Shown here one piece after another: positions 1 to 11,105 of a DNA stretch of 64,000 nucleotides. A program made the position numbers and the translations under genes. Every line of letters begins with the position of its first letter. Position 1 is the first letter of the stretch. This DNA is from Trichoplax adhaerens (taxonomy: Eukaryota; Animalia; Placozoa): assembly GCF_000150275.1 (NCBI RefSeq), contig NW_002060946.1, forward strand, positions 3,119,454 to 3,183,453. Direction: 5' to 3'. The notes under the pieces are model-generated. The model made no database searches. It saw only the letters and a program-made list of their open reading frames with translations, and was not told where the DNA came from.

Positions 1-1669
1 GGAAAAATAATGAGCTATACATGGTCATTGGCGGCTATGTCATTTTTTGTACAACTTTGTGCCAATTGATTCTCTTCTTATTAAAGGTATATTCAGTAGT
101 GAAGCCTATATGACGTGATCTTTAATAAGAAATCGATATCGTATTTCTTTTAACTCTTTACAATTCCAGTCCTATCATTATATATTGATGCGTCCAACAA
201 TTTTTGATCAAAATTTTAAGGTTATGATATCATCGATTATTTTTATAGGGAAGGAAATCAGACGATAAAATTCGTCCGTCCGTAGTGAAAAGAAATACTT
301 CTGAAACAACATAGGAATTTATGAATAATACGATAATGTTATAGCTTGTATAGATCATAAGTAGAAAGATTCTACAGCAAATTAGTACCATTTCTTTATG
401 TAGAAATACATCAAAGCTCACAGGCATATTATTATTGTCTAAGTCCTTCATGTTTTGAACAAATAAGATATTTCCAATTATGGGATTAGATTATCTATAG
501 CCACTTATTTATTTATTACCCTCATTATCAATTCTGACATTTACTATAACTGGTTAAAATGATAAATAGTAGTTGATCTTTATGGCTTAGTCGAAATTTT
601 CTGATAACAGCTTCTGCATACTTACAAGAATTATTTATAATTTTTAAAATAAGATCTTCATATTAGCCCAAAGCATTATGTCTTTAATTTTTTATTTACA
701 ACATTTCATTTCATTTTTAAATGGATATTTGAATTACTTCAACTAAATAAATGCATAAGACTACAGCTAATAGAAAGACGTGTATACCAAATCTGGTAAT
801 GTTACACTACTATCACTTAATAGGTTGCAATTGTTAAGCTTTTCGTAGTTAAAGATCGTACGATTTGATCGTACTTCATTTTTGTAATGTATTTCAATTT
901 CAGTCAAGGATTTAGATGTAACCATTGCATCTATTGCCTATACGAGTTACCCCTTGAGATACGTTACTACCCTATAATCTCATGGAATTCACAACAAGCA
1001 CCATGGAATTACCAATAGCTTCTAATTCTTTAATTTGGTAAATTAATTATTTTGGGGTAGATATCTTTCAGATTGTGAGAAAAATAAAACTTCTTCTGCG
1101 TATAAACTTAAACTTGTAGTTTCATCCTTCCATTTGAAATTATTAATTGCTTTATAATTTATAAAATTAAACTTTGCAGTTCATACACAATTTTTTTGTT
1201 CGTAATCGAAGAATTAATACCACACTACATATAATTAAAATTGAGTTGGCAAGTTCGTATCCATTCATTAATTTCTTGATTTTTAGTTTTAATGGATCGT
1301 GATATTCATCCGTAGTTCCATCAAAATTTTATGGTTAAGCTTTAAATTCTGCTAGCTGTGAACTCTTACCATTCCAGCTATCACTTTGTAACATTCTACG
1401 CTATAACGATACAGTTAGAGATATTCATTACGAGTAGTAATATCTTAATTACTATTATCGAATCTATTTCATTGCTAAAACGTTATCAAAAGTCCATATC
1501 ATGTAGATTGACGCTGAATGAAAACTATTTCAATGTAATTTAATTAACTAATTGATTAATAAACCACCTTACTTGCTTTGTAGAGGATAAGACAGTTTTT
1601 CACTTATATTTCCTGCAGATACTTGATCTCATCATGAAAATAAATAAATATACACTATATTCCCCTTAG
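1..1669 (+). CDS. 3' end (putative exons <1-86 and 1619-1669) of a probable upstream paralog of the TIR-like genes; possible C-terminal transmembrane tail
   Basis: Donor AAAG|gtat at 86/87 and acceptor tttcctgcag| at 1618. Joined in phase 0 they read KNNELYMVIGGYVIFCTTLCQLILFLLK-ILDLIMKINKYTLYSP*. The same acceptor/exon block recurs at 6691-6716, after TIR-like gene 1. Frame and paralogy are inferred. Confidence 0.4.
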
Positions 1670-1741
1670 CAATACTACTTATAAAAACAAGACTGTAGGC
1701 TTCTCTAGTCATTTTTATAGCAAAATAAACCACCAGCTACT

Positions 1742-1861
1742 GTCTACGACCACATCACGCTGAACACACCCGTTCTCGTCTGATCACGGAAGTTAAGCGG
1801 CGTCGAGCAGGGTTAGTACTTAGATGGGTGACCGCTTGGGAATACCCTGTGCCGTAGACTT
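1742..1861 (+). rRNA. 5S ribosomal RNA gene
   Basis: 120-nt GTCTACGACCACATCACGCTG...GCCGTAGACTT with complementary ends (helix I), box A (AGTTAAGCGGCGTCG), box C (AGATGGGTGACCGCTTGGGAA) and downstream T-runs. Confidence 0.96.
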
Positions 1862-1868
1862 CTCAATC

Positions 1869-1889
1869 TTTTTGCGATCTGTTTTTTTT
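1869..1889 (+). terminator. RNA polymerase III oligo-T terminator(s) of the 5S gene
   Basis: TTTTT at 1869-1873 and T8 at 1882-1889, directly after the 5S sequence. Confidence 0.7.
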
Positions 1890-2120
1890 AGCCGCAATAT
1901 CGATGAAGTGGAAACACTATTAAGCAAAAATTGTGCCCCATTTCCTGATTAAATTACCCCTGCACTGTTTGAGCACTTTATATCCATTTTATGGTCAGTA
2001 ATAAGGTTTGTTGTTGCTAAAATTGTTTATTTGTTGACTCATTTACCATACGTCACATCTTGAAGCCATTTGTAGGATAGCGCACTTCATGAATTAATAT
2101 TAAAATAATAATTTTAATAT

Positions 2121-2155
2121 AACTTTTTCACAGGTTGAAAACCTGTGAAAAAGTT
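2121..2155. repeat. Perfect 16-bp inverted repeat with 3-nt loop
   Basis: aactttttcacaggtt-gaa-aacctgtgaaaaagtt; the arms are exact reverse complements. Confidence 0.95.
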
Positions 2156-2449
2156 TTAAGTGATAAGCTGGTTTCCTACACAACTTTTCGCCTACTTAGG
2201 TATGTTCAGGAGGTCTTCCTACTCAAGTCTGAATTTAAGTAACACAGATTTTAATTGAAATTAATACTGTTAAATTTTAGAAAGCAGCAATAATGAGGAT
2301 TTAATGCCTTCATAAGTTATAACTTGTAATCCATTACATTAAAATAAAGATGAAAAATATCTATATTGCATTAAATATATTTTCAGGTGTTGAGTGGAAT
2401 TTTTGTACACTGCTTTTATGTGGCATCATTTTATGAAATACGAAGCCAG

Positions 2450-5400
2450 ATGGAAGATCGAGAGACTTCATCTAAAGAATCTGATAGGTATTCACCGTTG
2501 AACAGATGGATAGTCTTTAGAATAAAAAATCTTTATTAGAAGTCAAGACACTTCTCGTCTTTAGTCAATTAGATCCTCAAATACCAGCTCAGCGGTCTTC
2601 ATCTGACCAACCAAATAGGTATTTCAATCGATCAACTTGACATTAACTTAAAATAGACATAATAAAAAATGGTTACATTTTTCACCTTATAAGCACAAGA
2701 CGTAATCTCAATTGATTAAATGGAAATTATTTAAAAATATAACAGCTAGATAAAAGTTAATTACAGTACGAGTACACTTTCGTTGACATTGAATTAGACT
2801 GTCAACTGCCAGATCAACGTTATTCATCCAGTTCATTTTATTCTTTTGCAGGTATTCTCAATCGATCAACTGGATATTAGTTTAGAACGCAAACGTTTGA
2901 TTAACATTACATACACTTTCATATATAGTGAATATTATCAAACGGTATCAAATCAACAGTCTGCAGCTGCTAGTGATCATATAGGTAAGTACACTAATGG
3001 TACCGAAATAAATTTCGTTTGTTAATTAATAATTATAACTATTACATCAATTGCCATAGAGGTTAGCGATACGAATATATCGTTGTTTAACTTATCGTAA
3101 ATGGATGTTGGAATCGTGTAACTGATAATAACCTGCATTCAAGCCTCAGTATGTTCTAGTAAATCAGGCCGCTATTTGAAAATAGTTACAAATTATCCAT
3201 TGATAATTGTAATTATGGAAATTATGATAACTATGTTTTCTCTTACCTGAATAAACTACTGTCAGTGCTATCTTAAGTTATACATCAATTACATGCATAC
3301 CCGGATGTATAGTATGAATATTAAACTAGAGAAATGTGCTTGGACACAAGTGATGATAGCTACAGTTAGAATTTTTATAATTGCACTTTAAGAGGAAAAT
3401 GATCCTTACTATATTTATAATTTTTAAGAACTAATCAACTTCACTTTCTTCTAACTACATAAAGTACGATGCTTACTAAACACTAGTTTAATTCCGTATA
3501 AAGTCTACAAATCGATCGAACAATACCATGTAAGGTCGATACTTTATTTCTGTCTTTCAGTTACTTACTGTCCCTACGTAGTATCAATTTAAATCATTGT
3601 CAGTATGACGAGAGCTTACATTATAAAGTAAATAGAATGACCAAAAGGAAGACAAGGTCGTTATTGTTATAAATTCAAGCTATGATAACTATGATGGGAC
3701 AGGCGGAGAGATCAGATTACTTTCTGATATTCATAAAAATAATGCTTGAGTGACTTTGATTGATTTTTACTAATTCGAAATTACATTTCTACATTATGAT
3801 AAAGCCCATTACTTGTTTTATTACCATGAGAATGACAGTCTACTTGCCGATGAAGTAGCAGGTATCTGCAACAGAAAAGGCTTGCAAATACGAAAACCTG
3901 ATAGGGATGGTCAATACGGTCGCAGTATACTTCAATCTTCGACAGAGCTATTTCTAAGCTCGAAACGTATCGTTTTATTCCTGACAGAAGATCTGCTAGA
4001 TAAAGCAGGTCAATGGGTACCATTGTTTGCAGATCCTCACATTCAAAGTCTATTTAATGCAGGTACCGTAAAGGAGTTTCATGTTTTCTTCTAGAAGAGT
4101 ACCTGAAAAAAACTGGTAGCGAAATATTGATTCTCATATCTGTTACAGGATTAAATACAGTATTAAGTATGCCTAGCTAAAGTAATAATTGCCTTAGTGT
4201 CATATTCACGAATGAATAAATCTTACATCTTTGCGACTAAACAATAACAGAATGTATTGCTATAGTACCTATTTTTTTGTGTATAACATCTAATAAATCT
4301 AGGCATGATTTATCAATTATCAATTTAGTTGTCTAACTTTAAAAATCACCATAGATCTAAGACGTTACTGCTGTCTAAGGATGTACGAGTATAGCATTGT
4401 TGCTGTCTATAAATATGCCCTTAGATGTTTCTAGAGATATTTTTAGTAGATTTTAAGAACAAGGTAAGTATACATAAGATAAGAACATGCGAATATCCTA
4501 TTATCTCGAAGGCAACTATGTCACATCCCGAGTAATATTCATTCTGATACAGTGGCGATGTTCTGTCAAAATACATTACCTCGATAACAAACCGAACTCG
4601 CATATTTAGTAAATTTTAATATATTAAAAGTGTTTCTTATGAGGGTAATTACTGGTAGGAGCAGGCTAAGATTGTCGTTACCTTAAAGCAGTTGTATTTT
4701 AACAGTTAACTGAGATGATATCTGTAAAATAGTACCTCTTAAGCACATAAAATTCATGTGCAGCATAAAGGTCTTAATGGGATATACTGTATATGTACGG
4801 TAGAAATAACTGATCTCTTACATTAACAATATAAATGTACATCTTGGTGTTAGTATGGGTAGGTTAGTACTCTAATTCAAGGCATTTTACAACAAATCGA
4901 TGATAATGTAGGCGAGATATTTATATAGTAAATGCGTATGTCTGTTAAAATACGTAATTGCGAGTTATTATTTTTCACATTTTTGGCGTGATCCAAATTT
5001 ATTATTTATTATAGATTGGAACCCTTTATTAATGATATGGTATGCGAGTAGAGCATCGATTAAAAAAAGAGTTCCGTTTCTGTGTGGCCGAACACCAATA
5101 CACGGTCATCGAGGGCCCAGTCATATTGCAGATTGCTTGATCCGAGAAGCAGGTTCGTAAATTTCTGTACAACGTAGTGCGTAAGCAACTGCTGTTACCC
5201 TCATCACAGATTCAGAAATGCTGTCCTAGCCATATGCGGCTATTCGTCTATCATCTGCATTCGGGTCATCGATATAAAGGTTAAAATATCTTACATTTTT
5301 CATTGATCCTTGCGTTCGAATTGAAACCTCTTTCCTTTCGTAAGAAATGGATTGTGATGGCAACGCATCGGCGATAGTAGGATTAACAGGTATGAGTCTC

Positions 5401-5831
5401 ATCAAATCAGTAGCGTTTCAAAATTCATTATCAATACTCGTTAGTACAATTGGTGCAGTAACAGAAATTTCACTCAATATACGAGATCAAATTTTGTTTG
5501 TAACTTATGATCTGCTATTGCTATCTTAAAGCTCTTCTATCTATCTAAGATGATAACGTTAGGTAATTGTATACCGCTTATTATTTGTTGAAAGAGCCAA
5601 GATTACTAGGTGAACATACGGATTCACAAGGCATTACAACTAGGTCAATATCCCAAACTAAGGATAGTAGCCAAAGAACACAAAACCAGCCGGACGTTCA
5701 TACAGATAATTCTGATGTTGACGATGTAATTAAATACATGCAGTATGCATATGACCGTAATACAACTGTTTCATTTACATGCTAACTGCCAGTATTTTTA
5801 TTGTTAGTTGGATGAGCACACATCACCATAA
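2450..5831 (+). CDS. TIR-like domain protein 1 (multi-exon; model 2450-2487, 2565-2618, 2929-2984, 3805-4062, 5015-5152, 5345-5389, 5595-5725, 5808-5831)
   Basis: All listed exons have AG/GT boundaries and compatible phases. Core: AHYLFYYHENDSLLADEVAGICNRKGLQI...ELFLSSKRIVLFLTEDLLDKAGQWVPLFADPH...DWNPLLMIWYASRASIKKRVPFLCGRTPIHGHRGPSHIADCLIRE, a beta/alpha pattern typical of TIR domains. Exon sizes and phases match paralog 2 (56-nt and 138-nt exons). Terminal exons are less certain. Confidence 0.72.
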
Positions 5832-6544
5832 ACTGGAGCCCCTTAAGGTAAAGTATTAAATCTGCATGTTCGGTATAGTCAAATTAAGGGTAATAAAGTA
5901 AGCATTTTCTACCATTTATAATGTTATTGTTTATTAATATATAGTAGTATTGTAATTACCAATGCATCTTTTAAAAGGTAATACCATTTTACTGAAATAA
6001 CTGCTAACAGCCAACAACTCCGAAAGTATTGTTTGCCTAATAATAATATACGTGTAGCAACACCGAGGCATAATCGTTATAATAAAGGTATTCCCCAATC
6101 TCTATAGAAGCTTTGTTACGTAAATATATGCTTTCGCCTTCTTGGACCTTGAGGTGTTACCATAACCTTTACTATAGTATACCTATACGGAATGATTTCA
6201 GCTAATTGCAATAGTTATATACTCCGAAATTATGATTATAATATGCGGTAAAAAATTGTGTTATAATATCATAGACTTTGTTCTTTCTTGTACTGATTAT
6301 GTTAAGAATAAAGACTAAGAATGTTTATTTAGATTTACTTCATTACTTAACATCTGCATAAATTTTCCTGTGTCACGACTATGCTGTCTGTATTAACTTA
6401 GTTATAGTGGTATTTATAATAATGCTGTAAAAGTATTGTAGCAATTTCTTCAATTTTAGGATGTCGTTATAAAATAAAATAATTGTTGTAAAGATGTTGA
6501 AAATCGCAGTTAACATCAATATATACTGCTGCTATCTAGTCGAT

Positions 6545-7000
6545 TTTTTTGCTGATATGTTATCAACAATCCATATCAGGAAGATCGCCGAAGAATACTG
6601 TAATTACTTTTGCAATGCGTTATGATCAATTAAATAATAGACCATCTTGTTTGCATAGTAAAGGATAATATAGCTTTTCATTTGTGTTTTCTGCAGATAC
6701 TTGATCTCATCATGAACAGATTAATAAATAAATACAGTACTGTATACACATTACAGTATGTCTTTTAATAGTACTGTTCATAAATACAGGGTTGTATGTA
6801 GTCTTCCCTAACCCTTTTTAGAGCAAAATAAAACATTTCCAGTCGTCTATGACCATATCATGCTGAATATACCCGTTCTCATCCGATGATGGAAGTAAAG
6901 CGGCATCGAGCAGAGTTAGTAATTTAGATAGGTGAGCGCTTAGGAATACCCTTTGTCGCAGACTTCAAAATATTTTTGTGATCTATTTCTTTTTCACCGC
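6545..7000 (+). repeat. Second copy of a duplicated block (first copy ~1470-1897): intron end + terminal exon + 5S + T-rich flank
   Basis: Collinear similarity, including an identical 26-mer ctgcagatacttgatctcatcatgaa (1613-1638 and 6691-6716) and similar flanks on both sides of the 5S. Confidence 0.85.
6845..6965 (+). pseudogene. Degenerate 5S rRNA copy
   Basis: Aligns end to end with 1742-1861 with about 19 substitutions and 1 insertion (hand count). Changes fall in box A and box C (AGATAGGTGAGCGC), so it is probably non-functional. Confidence 0.85.
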
Positions 7001-7169
7001 GATCGCTCCTAGCTATAGTATATTTTGTTGAGGGACAACAATGAGGGATATTAAAGATGATAGGACCTTCTGGAATCGATCGAATTCCAGAATTAGCAAC
7101 TGTTATAAAATGTCATGTATCTTGCCATATTAAGAAATCCTTATGCTTCGTTGATAAGGTTACTGCCGA

Positions 7170-7910
7170 TAGCACTAGTAAAAGTTTCTACTTGTAGTGG
7201 TTGTTTATGGGGAAATTTGTGTTATTTATTTTTATTTTATTTGAAATGAAATATTTTCTAAGATATATTATTCGATGCATGCTTTTCTGCTGAAGGGTCA
7301 GCAAAATCGAACTCGTATATGGTCCATATTAAAAGATATCGCCAATATTTTAGATAGTTTGCACCTGATGGTACCATTTTGAAGTCAAGTGCCCTATGGC
7401 TGAGATTCATGACAGTGGCACCAGCTCATACGGTGCCAGGACAAAATGTATACTGCCCAGCCAAAATCAGGCTGGGGTATTAATTTTGTTATAATTCTTC
7501 ACACTGACTACTGGCAGCCGCCCCCTATTGATACAGTATCGATAAATTTCAGTAAAAAATAATATCATGGGCAGTTTGCAAAATGACCGACTTCGCATAC
7601 GGTCACGTTCATAAACATTATGTACGATACCTACTTAAATGCTATGCTGAGAAATTGTTATGCTTGGTTGGTTACTAGTGATGCTATCGATAAAAGTTTA
7701 CAGATGGTGTTTATGGAGAAATTTGTTTATGGGGAAATTTGGTGGGGACACTTGTGGGGAAATTGAATTATTTTTAAATTTAATATTTTAAATATTTTCT
7801 TAAACACTACTGGAATCTGGTAATACTTTCCGATGTAAGAATGTTTGATATCAACCTTGTGCGTAGCCCAGTTAAAATACACGGCTGATAATTTTTAAGA
7901 AAGTTAGTAT
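7170..7910. repeat. Degenerate ~500-bp-period direct repeat with GGGGAAATTT motifs; possible transposon relic
   Basis: taaaagttt...gtttatggggaaattt...aaatattttct occurs at ~7178-7260 and ~7691-7800, with internal reiteration of tgggga(aattt) in the second copy. Confidence 0.45.
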
Positions 7911-9082
7911 ATATTGAATAACGAGTTTTTTTTATAATTAAATTTATCGTAGGTACCTGTAATGCGGCAGTCTGTATCTTATCCTACTCTAACTCGCCTA
8001 CTCACGATTAAGTTAGAACTAAACTTAAGATAAAAGTATACTATATTACAATTTATTAAAAATTGAAGGTCCTTGTAAACTAGTTTCTAATAGTAAAACA
8101 GTAAAACGTATGATACTAGTTACAGATTATTCTACTTAAGTTTAGACAATGCCACGAGAAAGAACAGAAGGTCAAAAGCGATCAAGTAAGAATGAAGTAT
8201 TTTTGATTAGAAAGTTTAAAATTAGTAAGACGATAATATGATAGAAAAATATCTGTAGTATATATGTAATGTTTTCTTTTAATGAAGTTGTCCTACTGTA
8301 TTACTTCTCATATTTTAGTAAAATTAATTCTTCGGGTTCCTAATAAATCAGACACTAGCTAGATTAATAAGCTTTATTACAATAAAAACCAAATGCAGCT
8401 CTATTTATAACAAACTATATACTCGACAGTCGACACATACATTCATAAGCCGTAGCTCATGACCCATTACGTAGCGGTAGAAGTATTATCATTAAGCTTC
8501 CGAAAGTACAGGTATTAAATTGTCATATCTTGCCTGGGCATGAGCATAATTCCACTTTTAATAATCAATATCACTTTCATCATATGAAGGCAAATCAACA
8601 CGTTCTACTGTAATGGAGACCAGTGAGCTAAAGTAAAGTACTAGCTGTTTAAGTTTCGTAATTTGCTTCGAAAAAGCGAATCACCTAGATGTTTCTGTAG
8701 TTAGCTGGTTATATAATATAATTATAAAGAGTAAGGTATAAGAGCTGCGTGGATTTCTTCTGCTTCAAACTGGAACGATTTGGGTAAAATTTTTTGCCGG
8801 GAAATTTTACTTGGGCACAGTTTTCTTCGATGGAATTTATGGGAGAGAATTCTTCATAGTACCACTGTTATAGCTTCAATATTTACGGTACTTTGTGAGA
8901 AAATGATACGAGTAGAGAACTATAACAAAATTGTCTTTTATCCAACTATTCATACAGCTAATTTGTTAATTATTGCATAAATTATGACTGCTAAAATTCA
9001 TTCTGTCCATAAAATGCTATTAATGCTGTCTGAATTTACATGGCAAACTAAGGATATGGCGTTGAGAAAACATATTACATAT

Positions 9083-11105
9083 ACTTTAGCTGATGCTAAG
9101 GTATCGAAATTTTAAATAATACGAATTTACGTGCAAGATGCAGATGTTGTAAGACTGCTACCTTACTATTTGATAGGCTCCATCATTTAGCAGTGTAGTT
9201 TCATACATGGTCTGCTAATGCAAGCGAATAATACAGCATTTTACTATATATTAGCTAATTACTCTTCCAAATGTGCACAGCTTTAAATTTAATCCGTCGT
9301 TAAATAGAGCAAGCGCCCTCTTTTGATGATTTAATGAATTTTCAACACTCTTTAGGAATCGCTCGGTTAGGTATTGTAATATTTTACTTTGTAAATAGAA
9401 TCTTATGAGATGATATTCAAAGTAAAACTGCCGTTAGTAATATCATCTCTTATCCAACTGCAATTAGAACTAATTTTGCTAATCATTGTGTAAATTTTAG
9501 CTAGCTACGCTTCCATCTGCATAAATACCCTTAGTGCTCTAAGTTGTATGGTATCATATCAACATTGTGTTGAAAACGTGAACATGAACTTTAGCTGATG
9601 CTATGTACATTGAACTTTGAATAATACGAATATACGCATAAGAAACTGATGCTGTAAGGCTAGGACTGAATATTAGTATCCATAATAGTGTAGACTTACA
9701 CATAAACTACTGTCACAAGTAAAAATACTGCATTTTGCTGTATATTTATCCAGCTATTTTTCTAAAATGTGCATAACTTCAAATTTGATTTCCTCTCATT
9801 CAATGATATCTTGTATATTGATCTAGCGCCATCATATGAATCGCAAAATCCATCGGAAGATCAAAACTTCTCTCGTAATGAAATTGAAAAGTAATCTCAA
9901 TCATCAATTGAACATTTGTTAGAATACAAGAGCTGGATCTAAATTAGTTACACTTTTCATTCATAGTAAACTAGATCAGTTGCAATCACCTCAACGGTCT
10001 ACAAATGCAGCTAACGAAAAATGTAAGTACCGAAATTAGTTCATTTTATACACATGATTACTCATTAAGTCAGTGAAATCGATATGTTGGACAGTTACGG
10101 TATCAATATTTTACTTTGCGATAGAATGATAAAGATTCAGATTTGAAGTGAAAGAGTCTTTAGCTATATCACTTTAACTATACTTACCGCCAATCTATTA
10201 ATAATTTGATAGTTCTTGCGTAGTTGTGATCTAATTTATAGTATATAGTATGAATATTGCATTAAATGATATAAATGAACTACAGCTTGGGCTATATGTA
10301 TTTAGAATTCGAGTAATACAAAGGCATGCGTAAAAATATAAGGTTTGCAAAATTACAACTATATGCTAGTGTTCATAATACCGTAGCCTTACACATAATT
10401 TGTTATCACAAGGGAATAGTACAGTATTATGTTATGTTTTTAGCCAGCTGTTCTTTCGCTATTTATTTTCCGCTTTTAAATTGAATTTTCATATACTAAT
10501 TACAGCTGACGCACATCGTGCAATGCCCAAACAAAATTTATTAGAAGATGAAACGTCTCCATACCGGTATTGCGAATTTAATAAGCTCTATCGATCAATT
10601 TGACATTAATTTAGAATACAAAATATTGATTTAAACTGATTACACTTTCATTTATAGTGAATCAGATATGCCACAATCATACCAAGAGTCTGCAATTAAT
10701 AGTAATGGATCGTGTAAGTCCTAAAATAAATTCATTTTTATATTTCTTAATCAATCGGAACAGCAATGCTCGTTAGGTTTGCTGTATATAGTAGTCATAA
10801 ATAAATTTTAAATGCATAAATATACATAACTGATTTGGTAGAGCTTCAATACTGAATGATGCGAGTAGGGATTTAAAGTTAGCAAAACTGTTTTTAATAA
10901 TATCAGCCTCTTCTTATCTAGCTGATATTAAATATGCGAAGCTTTGAAAAATGCGGATATACGTATAAGATGCAGATGCTGTAAGACTTCTGCAGTACTA
11001 TATGATAACCTCTATAAAAGTGTAACATTACACATAATCTGCTGTTACAAATGAATAATATATTATTTTACTAATACTCGTGTAGTTAATTAGCTAACTG
11101 CTTCT
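9083..11105 (+). repeat. Three copies of a ~200-bp intronic segment (~9083-9296, ~9588-9793, ~10918-11105)
   Basis: Shared tagctgat...aatacgaat.tacg...aagatgcagatg.tgtaagact...agtgta...tacacat...aataat...attttact pattern. Confidence 0.8.
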
